64,000 bases of DNA from an uncultured Thermoleophilia bacterium (GTDB lineage Bacteria; Actinomycetota; Thermoleophilia; UBA2241), in assembly GCA_963702475.1 (NCBI GenBank), contig CAVPCT010000001.1, positions 32,001 to 96,000 of the forward strand. Reading direction: 5' to 3'. Shown here piece after piece: positions 24,534 through 34,419 of the stretch. The notes beneath the pieces were generated by a model that saw nothing but the letters and a program-made list of their open reading frames with translations, was not told the origin of the DNA and did not search any database. The position numbers were made by a program, and so were the translations under genes. The number at the start of each line of letters is the position of its first letter. Position 1 is the first letter of the stretch.

Positions 24534-25514
24534 ATGCAGACAGGCACCCCTGACCCCGCATCCCAGGACGGCGAGATGAGGGAGGTGGCCGAGCGCGCGC
24601 GCCGCATCGCCGCCAACGTCTCCTCGGTCATCGTCGGCAAGGACGAGAGCGTGGAGGCGTGCGTCGTGGCGCTTCTCGCTGCCGGGCACGTCATCATCGA
24701 GGACTACCCCGGCGTGGGTAAGACGCTTCTCGCCAAGGCCCTCGCGCGCTCTGTCAACTGTCGTTTCGCACGCATCCAGTTCACGCCCGACCTGCTGCCC
24801 AGCGACGTCACCGGGGTGAGCGTGTTCGACCAGAAGGCGGCGCGGTTCGAGTTCCGCCCCGGCCCCGTGTTCGCCAACATCGTGCTCGCCGACGAGATCA
24901 ACCGCTCGTCGCCCAAGACCCAGGCCAGCCTGCTGGAGTGCATGGAGGAGCGGCAGGTGACGATCGACAACGTCACCCACACGATCGTCGCCCCGTTCAT
25001 GGTCGTCGCCACGCAGAACCCCATCGAGTACGAGGGCACGTACCCGCTGCCCGAGGCCCAGCTGGATCGCTTCATGATGCGGCTCAGTCTGGGCTATCCC
25101 GATCGCGCGGCCGAGGACGCGCTGCTGGAGGCCCAGACCTCGCGCGACCCGCTCGCCGACCTCGTCCCGGTCGTAGATGCGGCTGAGGTGCTGGCCATGC
25201 AGGACGCGGTCACTCGCGTCGTCGTGACCGCTTCGCTGCGGGGGTATGTCCTCGACCTGCTCGCGGCGACGCGCACGAGCAGGGAGATCTACCTTGGCGC
25301 CAGCCCGCGCGCCGGCATCGCCCTGGTGCGCGCGGCCAAGGCCCTGGCCGTGCTCCGCGGGCGGGACTATGTGGTCCCGCAGGACGTCAAGGACCTTGCC
25401 GCCCGCGTGCTCGGGCACCGCATCATCCTGTCGCCCGACGCCCCTCTGGGCGGCGACGCCGAGCAGGCGGCCGTCACCCGGATCCTCGCGACCCTGCCGG
25501 TGCCGTCCTCGTGA
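24534..25514 (+). CDS. moxR: MoxR family AAA ATPase
   Basis: EDYPGVGKT, RIQFTPDLLPSD, LADEINR, ATQNPIEYEGTYPLPEAQLDRF. Confidence 0.95.
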   Translation: MQTGTPDPASQDGEMREVAERARRIAANVSSVIVGKDESVEACVVALLAAGHVIIEDYPGVGKTLLAKALARSVNCRFARIQFTPDLLPSDVTGVSVFDQKAARFEFRPGPVFANIVLADEINRSSPKTQASLLECMEERQVTIDNVTHTIVAPFMVVATQNPIEYEGTYPLPEAQLDRFMMRLSLGYPDRAAEDALLEAQTSRDPLADLVPVVDAAEVLAMQDAVTRVVVTASLRGYVLDLLAATRTSREIYLGASPRAGIALVRAAKALAVLRGRDYVVPQDVKDLAARVLGHRIILSPDAPLGGDAEQAAVTRILATLPVPSS

Positions 25515-26755
25515 GCGCGGCGCGCCCCACGGCCCGCGGTGTGTCGCTGCTCTGCGTCGCCGTGCTCACGTACGTGGCGGCGCGGACCCTGGGTACGTGG
25601 GAGCTGTACTTCCTGGCGGTGGCCTTCGCCGCCGCTCTGGGCGTGTGCTGGGTGCTGGTGGCGGCGTCGGCCGGGCGCGTGGAGGTGAGCCGTACCGTGG
25701 ATCCCGGCACGCCCGTCGGCGGAGACCCGCTGACGCTCACCCTGCACGTGAAGAACGGCTCCCTGCTGCCCGGGCTGCAGGTCTCGCTGGACGGCGCCGT
25801 CGGCACGCTCGCGGCGCCCGAGGGGCTCCTGGACGTGGAGACCCTGGGGCCGCGAGGCGAGCGCCGGGTCGTCTCGGGGCCGTGGCCCGCACGGCGCGGC
25901 GTGCACCACCTGCCGGCCATGACCGTGGTGGCGGAGGACCCGCTCGGCCTCGTGCGTGCGCGGCGCACCGCCGGCGAGCCTCTCACGCTCACCGTCCCGC
26001 CGCGCCTGGCGCACCTGGCGACGTGGGAGGTCACGGCCGGCGCGGGCACGCGCGGCGCCGGCCGCAGGCGCCGTCCCCCGACGGTCGATGCCACCGAGCT
26101 CCGCGGCATCCGGCCGCACAGCCCGGGCGAGCCGCTCAACCGCGTGGACTGGAAGGCCACGGCCAAGACCGGCAGCCTGATGTTGCGCGAGCTCGAGGAC
26201 GCCAGCGACGGCGACGTGGCCGTGCTGTTCAACGGGCCGGTCCGCGGCGCTGCGGACGGACGGTCCGGCGACGTCTTCGAACTCGGCGTGGAGGTCGCCG
26301 GGTCCATCGCCGACTGCGCCCTGCGTGGCGGGCGCGGCGTGACGCTGCTGGTAGCCGCCGAGGGCTGGCGGCCGCTCCGCCTGTCGCCGGCGGCCGCCGA
26401 CCGGCGTCGTCTTCTTGCGCTGCTGGCCGGGCTGCAGCCCGGCGGGCTGCTGCAGCTCGGACCGTCGCTGCGGACGCTCGTCGCCGGTCCGCGCACGCGT
26501 GCCCGCTTCCGCAGCCTCACGCTGGTGGTGCTCTCCCTGGACGCCGCCCTCGCGCGCGCCGTCGCGGCCCTGCGCGACGAAGGGCTGCCGGTGTGCGTGG
26601 TGCACGTCTGCGGACCCGTCGAGACCGAAGACGACGGCGATCGCAGGCGCGCGCTCGCCGCGGCCGGCGTGCGCGTGGTCGCCGTGCGCGCGGGCGAGGA
26701 CCTCGGCCGGGCGCTCGCCTCGCCGTCCGCGCCGCGGAGGGCGCTGGCGCGGTGA
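25511..26755 (+). CDS. DUF58 domain protein
   Basis: RRG..DPLGL, LRGIRPHSPGEPLNRVDWKATAK; directly follows moxR. Confidence 0.9.
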   Translation: MSAARPTARGVSLLCVAVLTYVAARTLGTWELYFLAVAFAAALGVCWVLVAASAGRVEVSRTVDPGTPVGGDPLTLTLHVKNGSLLPGLQVSLDGAVGTLAAPEGLLDVETLGPRGERRVVSGPWPARRGVHHLPAMTVVAEDPLGLVRARRTAGEPLTLTVPPRLAHLATWEVTAGAGTRGAGRRRRPPTVDATELRGIRPHSPGEPLNRVDWKATAKTGSLMLRELEDASDGDVAVLFNGPVRGAADGRSGDVFELGVEVAGSIADCALRGGRGVTLLVAAEGWRPLRLSPAAADRRRLLALLAGLQPGGLLQLGPSLRTLVAGPRTRARFRSLTLVVLSLDAALARAVAALRDEGLPVCVVHVCGPVETEDDGDRRRALAAAGVRVVAVRAGEDLGRALASPSAPRRALAR

Positions 26756-29115
26756 GTACCGCGGTGGACACCGCGGGCGGAGCGGCCGCCGGGACCGCCG
26801 GCGAAACGCGCGCGGGCGTGCCGGGCGGCGCGCGCGCAGGCCGGGCGTGCGGCGCGCGCACCGCCCTGTACTTCACCGGCTTCACCGCGCTGGCGGCCGC
26901 GGTCGCCCTGGCGCTCTCGCGCATCGCGCAGCCGGGCCTCGCCGGCGTTTTTCTGCTCGCCGCCCTGATGGCCTGCTTCGCCGGCGCCCCCGGGCTCGTC
27001 CGCCGGCGCGCGTGGCCCCTGGCGCTCGTCCTGCTGCCGCTCGGCGCCTACCTGCTCGTGCGCGTCCAGATCGACGTGCCGGGGGACGCGCACGGCGTGG
27101 GCGGCCACCTCGCCGCGCTGCTCGACGAGTTGCGCGAGGGCGCACGCACGTACGCCCACGAGCGCTTTCCCCTCGACCACCGCCCCGGAGACGGCCTCGC
27201 CGTCCTGCTCTCGCTGGCCGTGTACGCGCTCACGGGCCTGGCGGCCTTCCTTGCGCTGAGCCTGCGCCTTGCGGTCCCGGCGATCGCCGTCCTGCTCGTC
27301 GCCCTGGGTTTCGCCCTCACCACCGACAACATCGACCGCCTGGTCTGGGCGCCGCTGGCCTTCCTCGTGCTCGCGGGGTGCACGCTCGTCCTCTCACGCT
27401 CCCTGCGCCGTGAACGGTGGCGCGCCACCGACGCGCTCGCCGGAGCCGTCACCGGGACGGTGGCCGCCGTGCTGGCCCTCTCACTGCTGGGGGCGACCTC
27501 GGTCGCGGCCGGAGCGCCGCTCTGGGACTGGACGAAGTGGGGGATCGCCGGCCCGGGCGACGCTCACGTCGGCTTCGACTGGATGCAGAGCTACCTGCGG
27601 CTGCTCGACGAGCCCTCCGACGCCGAGGTGCTGCGCGTGCGCTCGCCGCTCGCCTCGTACTGGCGGGCCAACGCTCTGACGGCGTTCGATGGGGACACCT
27701 GGTTCAACGGGTCGTCCTACATGGAGCTCACGCCGGCCACGGAGCCCGGGTCCGTGGCCTTCGTGGTACCGTCGCGGCCGCCGGAACCCAGTGGCCGGCT
27801 CGTCACCCAGTCCTTCGAGATCGTCTCCACCTACACCGACCACCTCTTCACCGGGGGCGCGCCGCGCACCGTGCTGCTGGAGGCATCGGAGACGTATCTC
27901 TGGGTCACGGACGCGCAGGCACTGCAGCTGAGCCGCCCGCTGGGGCCCACGCTGCGCTACGCTGTGACTGCCGTCGTGCCGCAGGTCAAGCCCGCCGACC
28001 TCGTCGGCCGCGGCCGCGAGTACCCCGCGGACGTGGCCCTCGGCTCGACCGGCCTTCCCTTCCCCGCTGTGTCGCAGCCCGCCGGACGCATGGCGGAGGC
28101 TGACTGGGAGCGATGGGTGGCCGGGAGCGCCCAGAACAGGCAGTGGCTCGGTCTGTACCGGCTGAACGAGGAGATCGTGGACGGCGCCGACGATCCCTAC
28201 CGGATCGCCCTGCGCATCGAGGACTTCCTGCGTACGCGGTACACGTACTCGCTGGACCCGCCGGCCAGCTTCATGGAGTCGCCCTACGCCGCCTTCCTCT
28301 TCGACACGCGGACGGGGTTCTGCCAGCACTTCGCCGGCGCCATGGCCGCGCTGCTGCGCTTCAACGGGGTCCCCTCCCGGGTGGCCCTGGGTTTCACGGC
28401 CGGCGACAAGGGTGCCGACGGGAGATTCGTGGTTACCAGAAAAGACGCGCACGCCTGGGTGGAGGCGTACTTCCCCGGCGTGGGCTGGGTACCGTTCGAC
28501 CCCACGCCGGGGAGGACGCTCCCACAGCCCGGCGGGTCGTCGGCGAGCGCCGGCTTCGTCGACCCCGAGGAGACGACGAGCACCGCCGACGGCGCCGTGG
28601 CGAGCCCGGGCCCCACGGCGCGCGGCGCCGACCCGGGTGGGGCGTCTCCGGGCGCCCGGCGCGAGCCGCTCCCGGGGGCGGGGCCGGCGGCCGTCCCGTC
28701 CGGGACCGTCCCCTGGCTGCCGCTCGCCGTCACGCTCACGCTCGCGCTGGTCGCATGGCCGGTCGCTCGCCTCGTCCGCCGCGCCGTGGCCGTGCGGCGC
28801 GGAACGTGCGGCCGGCAGCTGCGCACGTCCCTCGAGCTCCTTCGCGCAGAGCTCCACGACCGCGGCGTGGCGGTGCCGGCGTCGCTGACCCTCGACGAGA
28901 CGGCCCGGCTCCTGCACGGCTGCTACGGCGTGGACGCCGCGGCCGTGCTCGGCCGGGCTCAGGCCGTGCTCTTCGGCGGGCGCGACGCCACACCTCACGA
29001 CGTCGCCGCCGTGAACGCCCTGCGCCGCGAGGTCCGGCGCGCCGCGCGCGCCGGCCGCGGCCGCGTGCGCGCCTGCCTGGCGCTGTACGGCGTACGGGCC
29101 GACGCGAGAGCCTGA
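26752..29115 (+). CDS. Membrane transglutaminase-like protein (TgpA type)
   Basis: Multi-TM N-terminus, YWRANAL..FDG, GFCQHFA, HAWVEAYFPGVGWVPFDPTP. Confidence 0.92.
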   Translation: MSTAVDTAGGAAAGTAGETRAGVPGGARAGRACGARTALYFTGFTALAAAVALALSRIAQPGLAGVFLLAALMACFAGAPGLVRRRAWPLALVLLPLGAYLLVRVQIDVPGDAHGVGGHLAALLDELREGARTYAHERFPLDHRPGDGLAVLLSLAVYALTGLAAFLALSLRLAVPAIAVLLVALGFALTTDNIDRLVWAPLAFLVLAGCTLVLSRSLRRERWRATDALAGAVTGTVAAVLALSLLGATSVAAGAPLWDWTKWGIAGPGDAHVGFDWMQSYLRLLDEPSDAEVLRVRSPLASYWRANALTAFDGDTWFNGSSYMELTPATEPGSVAFVVPSRPPEPSGRLVTQSFEIVSTYTDHLFTGGAPRTVLLEASETYLWVTDAQALQLSRPLGPTLRYAVTAVVPQVKPADLVGRGREYPADVALGSTGLPFPAVSQPAGRMAEADWERWVAGSAQNRQWLGLYRLNEEIVDGADDPYRIALRIEDFLRTRYTYSLDPPASFMESPYAAFLFDTRTGFCQHFAGAMAALLRFNGVPSRVALGFTAGDKGADGRFVVTRKDAHAWVEAYFPGVGWVPFDPTPGRTLPQPGGSSASAGFVDPEETTSTADGAVASPGPTARGADPGGASPGARREPLPGAGPAAVPSGTVPWLPLAVTLTLALVAWPVARLVRRAVAVRRGTCGRQLRTSLELLRAELHDRGVAVPASLTLDETARLLHGCYGVDAAAVLGRAQAVLFGGRDATPHDVAAVNALRREVRRAARAGRGRVRACLALYGVRADARA

Positions 29116-29218
29116 GGCCGGGCGGCCGGCGGCCCGGCCCGGCGTCGGAGACCGGCGCCCGTCGCTCGCGATTCGGCACGCCCGTGTCGATAACCACCCG
29201 AGCCGGCCCGGATCCCAC

Positions 29219-29787
29219 ATGTCCGCACACGCCCCGAAGACACCGCTGAAGCTTCTCGTCATCGTCGCCCTCGTGGCGGCGAGAGCGATCGCGCGCGCGA
29301 TCGCTCTGGGGCCGGCCATGGGTTCGCTGCACCAGAAGACGCTGCGCGCGGACATCTCCGAGGTCAGCGATCCGACTCGGGCCGGCGACTATCACCTGAA
29401 CGTCCTCCTGAAGACGGTCAGCGTGGACCTCGACCAGGGTCCGTGCGGCTGCAGCTCGGGTGCATCCTCGTCGGCGAGGACCTGCTCGACCACTCAGTCT
29501 GGCCCGCCGAGGTGAAGTACCCCATCACGCTCAGTCTCGGGATCTCGAAGCACGGGACGCAGCAGACCGAGGTCTTCGCCGACAGGCGCGTGGGCGGCAT
29601 CACGTACGTGGACCTCGACCTGGACGGCAACGTGGAGGACCACCCCCGCGACCGGCACTCCACGACGCTGTGGCTGAGCGCGTACAGGGAGGCGTTCTTC
29701 GGCACGCTGCTGTTCGCCATCGTGGCCATCGGGGTCGTGGCCGCCGACTACCTGTGGCGGCGGGCAAGGGACGCGCGGGTCGAGTGA
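29219..29787 (+). pseudogene. Frameshifted, internally deleted membrane protein (DUF4436-like)
   Basis: Coding signal switches frame near 29440 (CAG GG|TCC GTG CGG). GNVEDHPRDRH resembles the G...YPFD.Y motif and jumps straight to a terminal TM. Confidence 0.55.
29282..29307. repeat. Perfect 26-bp palindrome
   Basis: AGAGCGATCGCGCGCGCGATCGCTCT equals its own reverse complement. Confidence 0.9.
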
Positions 29788-29799
29788 CGGGGGGCGGCC

Positions 29800-30432
29800 C
29801 TACGAGCGCCGCTCGAGTGCCAGCTTCACGCCGAGGCCGATGAGCACGATGCCGCCGCAACGCTGGATCCAGCGCTGCACTGCCGGCCGGGCGCGCAGCC
29901 ATGTGGAGAGCAGGCCGGCGCCGAGGCCGACCGGCCCTTTGACCATGAACGTGAGCGCGGCGAACGTCAGTCCCAGCACCAGGACGATGAGTCCCGGCCG
30001 CCCGGCTGCGGGGTCGATGAACTGGGGCAGGAAGGCGAAGTAGAAGATGGTGATCTTGGGATTCGAGATGTTGGACAGCGCGCCGTCGACGAACAGCCTG
30101 CCCAGCGAGCGCTCCGGCCGGCGGCCTGTGGGCAGCGTCACCCCGCGCGCGCGGAGCATGGTGATGCCGAGGTAGACGAGGTAGGCGGCACCGGCGAGCT
30201 TGACGGCGAGGAACAGCGGCTCGGAGGCGCGGAGGAGCGCGCCGAGGCCGAGGGCCGAGAGGAACGTGTGGCCCACGAGGCCGGTGCTGACGCCGGCGGC
30301 CGTCGCCACGCCGGCCCGCGCGCCGTGCGCGATGGACCGCGACATCACGAGCAGCATGTCCTGTCCCGGCGTGATGATGAGCACCAGCGAGGCCGCCACG
30401 AACAGCGGCCACTGCACCTGCGACACCGGCAC
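29800..30432 (-). CDS. LysE/RhtB family translocator
   Basis: IITPGQDM, GAAYLVYLG, NISNPK..F.AFLPQF. Confidence 0.93.
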   Translation of the reverse strand: MPVSQVQWPLFVAASLVLIITPGQDMLLVMSRSIAHGARAGVATAAGVSTGLVGHTFLSALGLGALLRASEPLFLAVKLAGAAYLVYLGITMLRARGVTLPTGRRPERSLGRLFVDGALSNISNPKITIFYFAFLPQFIDPAAGRPGLIVLVLGLTFAALTFMVKGPVGLGAGLLSTWLRARPAVQRWIQRCGGIVLIGLGVKLALERRS

Positions 30433-30536
30433 CCCCTTTCCCGGCCGACGACCTCAGGCCCGTGCGCGCAAGGATATGCCACGGTCGCGGCGTAGCACAC
30501 AGCGTCGTACGGCCCGGCTCGGGCGCCGGCCGCGTG

Positions 30537-31826
30537 TCACGCGGCGTTCGCCTTACCGCGGGACTCGGCCGGGTCGCGGGGGCCGGCCGACGTCTCGGCG
30601 GGCGCCGCGGGCTTCGCCCGTTCCGCCCGCCGCGCCGCCCCGTACAGCGGCACCTGGACGATCTGCGCCGCGCCGCCGACCAGCCAGGCGAGTGGGATCG
30701 AGAAGGTCTGCGACAGCCAGCCGAGCCCGACCTGCCCCACCGTCGAGCCGGCGTCGCCGAACAGCGCGTCCAGGGAGATGATGGTCGCGCGCTGCTGGGA
30801 CGGGATGCGCGCGTTCAGCCAGCCCTGCTTGACGGGGAAGGAGACGCCGAAGGCCAGCGCGGAGACGAGGTACAGCGGCACGGCGATCCAGAAGTCCTGC
30901 ACCAGCGCGGCGCCCACGATCGCCGCGGTCGAGACGCCGGCGCTGACCATCAGGATGCGGCCGCGGTCGGGCCACCGCGCCGTGATGCGCCCCACCAGCG
31001 CGTTCCCGAGGATCTGGGTGAGCCCCACGAGGGCGGCGATGACACCGGTCACCCACACCAGGTCCTGCCCGAGCAGGTCGAGGAAGTACTTCTGCCACGA
31101 GTAGAAGCCGTACATGAAGAACACGCCCTGCACGAGCGAGGCGAACATGATGAAACGCACCGTGCGGTCCCCCAGGCCGAAGATGACGCCCGCCCGGGCG
31201 ATGCGCCTGGTCTCGTGCGCGAAGCTGGAGGCCGTCAGCGGCCGTCCTTTGAAGCCGAGGTCACGCATCACCAGCAGGCCGAGCAGGAACGCCGGCACCA
31301 GGATCGCGGCGCGCAGGGCGTAGGGGATCCACAGGTCCACCTGTCCGAGGAATCCGCCGGCCGTGGTGCCGATCAGCATGAAGATCCCGAACACCATGCC
31401 GTACCGGGCGAAGACCGGCTCAAGCTTGCCCCGGTAGTCCACCGAGTGCAGGGCGTCGACCATCCAGGCGTCCACGGCGCCGGTGTAGAAGGTGTAGCCG
31501 AGACCGAGCAGCGCCGAGGCCAGCGCGAACGGCCACACTCCCAGCCCCGCCAGCCCGAACCACAGGTACAGCAGCGTCGACACCATGATGATGCCGACGG
31601 CGAGCAGGTACGAGACGCGCCGGCCGACCGTGTCGGCCACGACCCCGGTCGGCACCTCGAAAAAGGCCTGCGAGACCGTGTACGCGGCGTTCACCAGCAT
31701 CACCTGGTAGATGTCGAGCCCGACGGACAGCAGGAACAGGGTGTTGACGCCCCAGATGAGTGACTGCGCCAGCGTCGTGCTCGCCGCGATGCCGAGGTAG
31801 GTCCGGATGATGCCTCGCGAGGTCAT
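30537..31826 (-). CDS. MFS transporter
   Basis: FEVPTGVVADTVGRR motif A; about 12 TMs. Confidence 0.92.
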   Translation of the reverse strand: MTSRGIIRTYLGIAASTTLAQSLIWGVNTLFLLSVGLDIYQVMLVNAAYTVSQAFFEVPTGVVADTVGRRVSYLLAVGIIMVSTLLYLWFGLAGLGVWPFALASALLGLGYTFYTGAVDAWMVDALHSVDYRGKLEPVFARYGMVFGIFMLIGTTAGGFLGQVDLWIPYALRAAILVPAFLLGLLVMRDLGFKGRPLTASSFAHETRRIARAGVIFGLGDRTVRFIMFASLVQGVFFMYGFYSWQKYFLDLLGQDLVWVTGVIAALVGLTQILGNALVGRITARWPDRGRILMVSAGVSTAAIVGAALVQDFWIAVPLYLVSALAFGVSFPVKQGWLNARIPSQQRATIISLDALFGDAGSTVGQVGLGWLSQTFSIPLAWLVGGAAQIVQVPLYGAARRAERAKPAAPAETSAGPRDPAESRGKANAA

Positions 31827-31938
31827 GGTTCGATGTTCCCACGCGCGTTGAATCAGTACCGTGGTAGTCCTGTTTATGTGGCCATGCGCGCGGCCGCCGG
31901 ACGGTAGAATCGGGCGGCCGACGAACGGAGGGACCGAC

Positions 31939-33447
31939 GTGGACGACGAGCAGGGCCCGGTGCCGGAGCCGCTGGCGCCGGGCGCAGCGGGGGAGGAGAC
32001 GCTCGACCCCGCCGACTGGGCCTCGATGCGGGCGCTGGGCCATCGCATGCTGGACGACGCCCTGGACTACCTCGAGTCTCTCCCGCAGCGCCCGGCGTGG
32101 GAGCACGCGCCGGCTGCGGTGAAGGCGCGCTTCTCCGGCGGCGTCCCGCGCGCCCCCCAGCCGGCGGAGGACATCTACCGCGAGTACGTCGACCTGGTGC
32201 AGCCGTACCAGCTCGGCAACGCCCACCCGCGGTTCTGGGGGTGGGTGGTCGGCTGCGGGACGACCATGGGGGTCCTGGCCGAGATGCTGGCCGCGACCAC
32301 CGACGCGGTGAGCGGCATCTACTCGTTCGTCAGCAACAACTACGTCGAGCTCCAGGTGCTGGATTGGTGCAAGGAGCTGCTGGGCTACCCGCGGAGCGCG
32401 AGCGGCCTGCTGACGAGCGGGTGCTCCGCCTCCAACCTTATCGCCCTCGCCGTCGCACGCCACGCCAAGGCGGGCTTCGACGTACGCAAGGAGGGCCTGA
32501 CGGCGGCCGGCGCCCGGATGACGGTGTACTGCTCCGAGGAGGCGCACTCGTCGCTCACCAAGGCCGTCGAGCTGCTGGGGCTGGGCCGGGACTCCCTGCG
32601 CAGGGTCCCGGCCGACGAGACGCGCCGCATCGACGTGGCCGCGCTCCGTGAGGCCGTGGCGCGCGACCGGCGGGACGGCCTGCTCCCCATCTGCGTCGTC
32701 GGGGTCGCCGGCACCACCGCCACCGGCGCCGTGGACGACCTGCACGCGTTGGCCGACCTCTGCGCCGAGGAGCGCCTGTGGTTCCACGTGGACGGCGCCT
32801 TCGGCATCTGGGCGGCGATCGCTCCGCGCTCGGCCCACCTCGTCTCCGGCATCGAGCGCGCCGACTCCCTCGCGTTCGACCTCCACAAGTGGATGTACCT
32901 CACCTACCCTGTGGGCTGCGTGCTGGTGAAGGATGCGGAGGAGCATCGCCGGACCTTCTCGCTCACGCCGCAATACCTGGCCCACGGGGAGGGCGACCGC
33001 GGCCTCACGGCCGTCGACGCACCCTGGCTCTCCGACTACGGCTTCGAGCTCTCCCGCGGCTTCCACGCGCTCAAGGCGTGGATGTCGCTCAAGGAGCACG
33101 GCGCCGACAAGTACGGCCGCCTGATCCAGCAGAACATCGACCAGGCCCGTTACCTGGCCGGCCTGGTCGAGGCGTCGACCGACCTCGAGTTGGCGCTCCC
33201 GGTGTCGCTCAACGTCGTCTGCTTCCGCTACGTGCGCGCGGGGCTGGGCGATGCCGCGCTCGACGAGCTCACCAAGGCCATCGAGGTCGAGCTGCAGGAG
33301 TGCGGCATAGCCGTGCCCTCGGTGGTGAGCCTGCGCGGCCGCACGTGGCTGCACGTCGCCGTGACCAACCACCGCAGCCGGCGCGAGGACTTCGACCTGC
33401 TGGCCCGCGAGGTCGTCCGGCTCGGGGCGGAGCTGGCCTCGCCCTGA
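31939..33447 (+). CDS. Group II PLP-dependent (aromatic/glutamate-type) amino acid decarboxylase
   Basis: HPRFWGWV, AHSS, AGTTATGAVD, HVDGAFG, DLHKW (PLP lysine). Confidence 0.93.
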   Translation: MDDEQGPVPEPLAPGAAGEETLDPADWASMRALGHRMLDDALDYLESLPQRPAWEHAPAAVKARFSGGVPRAPQPAEDIYREYVDLVQPYQLGNAHPRFWGWVVGCGTTMGVLAEMLAATTDAVSGIYSFVSNNYVELQVLDWCKELLGYPRSASGLLTSGCSASNLIALAVARHAKAGFDVRKEGLTAAGARMTVYCSEEAHSSLTKAVELLGLGRDSLRRVPADETRRIDVAALREAVARDRRDGLLPICVVGVAGTTATGAVDDLHALADLCAEERLWFHVDGAFGIWAAIAPRSAHLVSGIERADSLAFDLHKWMYLTYPVGCVLVKDAEEHRRTFSLTPQYLAHGEGDRGLTAVDAPWLSDYGFELSRGFHALKAWMSLKEHGADKYGRLIQQNIDQARYLAGLVEASTDLELALPVSLNVVCFRYVRAGLGDAALDELTKAIEVELQECGIAVPSVVSLRGRTWLHVAVTNHRSRREDFDLLAREVVRLGAELASP

Positions 33448-33498
33448 GCCGGCCCAGCCGAGCGGGCCGGATCGCCGCCTCCTGCGCCCGCGGCGGTC

Positions 33499-34182
33499 TC
33501 AGACGCCCGCGAAGAAGGGCGCGTGCCGGCTCCGGCAGAACGCGCGCCAGTCGCCCAGGAACTCGAAGTCGGCGAAGTCGATGCGGTCCACGGCCCGGCG
33601 GTGCTTGACGAGCTGGGGGTTCGCCTCGTTGAGGCGGCGCACCAGTTCGGCCTCTTCGCCGCTGAGCGGGCTGACCACGGCGCCGAGGTGCACAGCCCAC
33701 AGCTCCGCGGCGCCGGCGTCGAACTCGGGCGGGACGAAGACGTTGTCGAACGTCACGGCGCCGCCCTCGTACCGGTGCTCGGCCCCGGCCACGCCGCCGG
33801 GACCCGCCGTCACCGTCGCCGGCAGGATCATGTGCGCGAGCAGGTAGCGGGAGATCGACGAGACCTGTCGCGACTTGTGCGGCAGCGTCTCGGCGGCGAG
33901 CCCCCAGTGATACCCCGACGCGTTGCAGCGCAGCACGTGGTGGCGCTCGATGGTCGGGTCCGACGGGTCCGGCGCCATCCACTCCGTGAACGCGGCCAGG
34001 CCGTGGAACGGCGTGTCGTCGGAGCTGAACGTGGCCAGCACCGGCGCGTAGTCGGCGATGTCGCCGCCCTCCAGGTCGCGGAGGTAGGCGAACACGGCCA
34101 CTTCTTCCTCGTGCGTCACTGCGCACGGACAGCTCAGCACGATCCTGAACGCCAATTCCAGGGCGCTGCCCCTGATCTTCAT
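33499..34182 (-). CDS. Hypothetical protein
   Basis: RBS AGGAGGG and coding-like composition; no confident family. Confidence 0.75.
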   Translation of the reverse strand: MKIRGSALELAFRIVLSCPCAVTHEEEVAVFAYLRDLEGGDIADYAPVLATFSSDDTPFHGLAAFTEWMAPDPSDPTIERHHVLRCNASGYHWGLAAETLPHKSRQVSSISRYLLAHMILPATVTAGPGGVAGAEHRYEGGAVTFDNVFVPPEFDAGAAELWAVHLGAVVSPLSGEEAELVRRLNEANPQLVKHRRAVDRIDFADFEFLGDWRAFCRSRHAPFFAGV

Positions 34183-34419
34183 CTCCGCCCCTCCTGGTGT
34201 GTGCCGGCCGCGCCCTGCGCGCCGCCTCTGGCGCGGTCCGGTGACGAGTGCCCTTGCGGGGCGCCCCCGTCGCTCAGCCCGCTGCGTAGCTCAGTCTACC
34301 GCTCCGTGCCGCTCCCGTGTCGCCTGCCCTCGCCGGCGAACGGTTCGCCGGCGCCTCCGGCCGGGCAGGCTGAGCACGTCGCCGCTGTCGGCGGTCACGC
34401 TATACAGGGAGGTGCCTCG

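Noticed and set aside
24534-29115. MoxR-DUF58-transglutaminase operon as a novel system
   Set aside because: This is a well-known, widespread three-gene arrangement with nothing atypical here.
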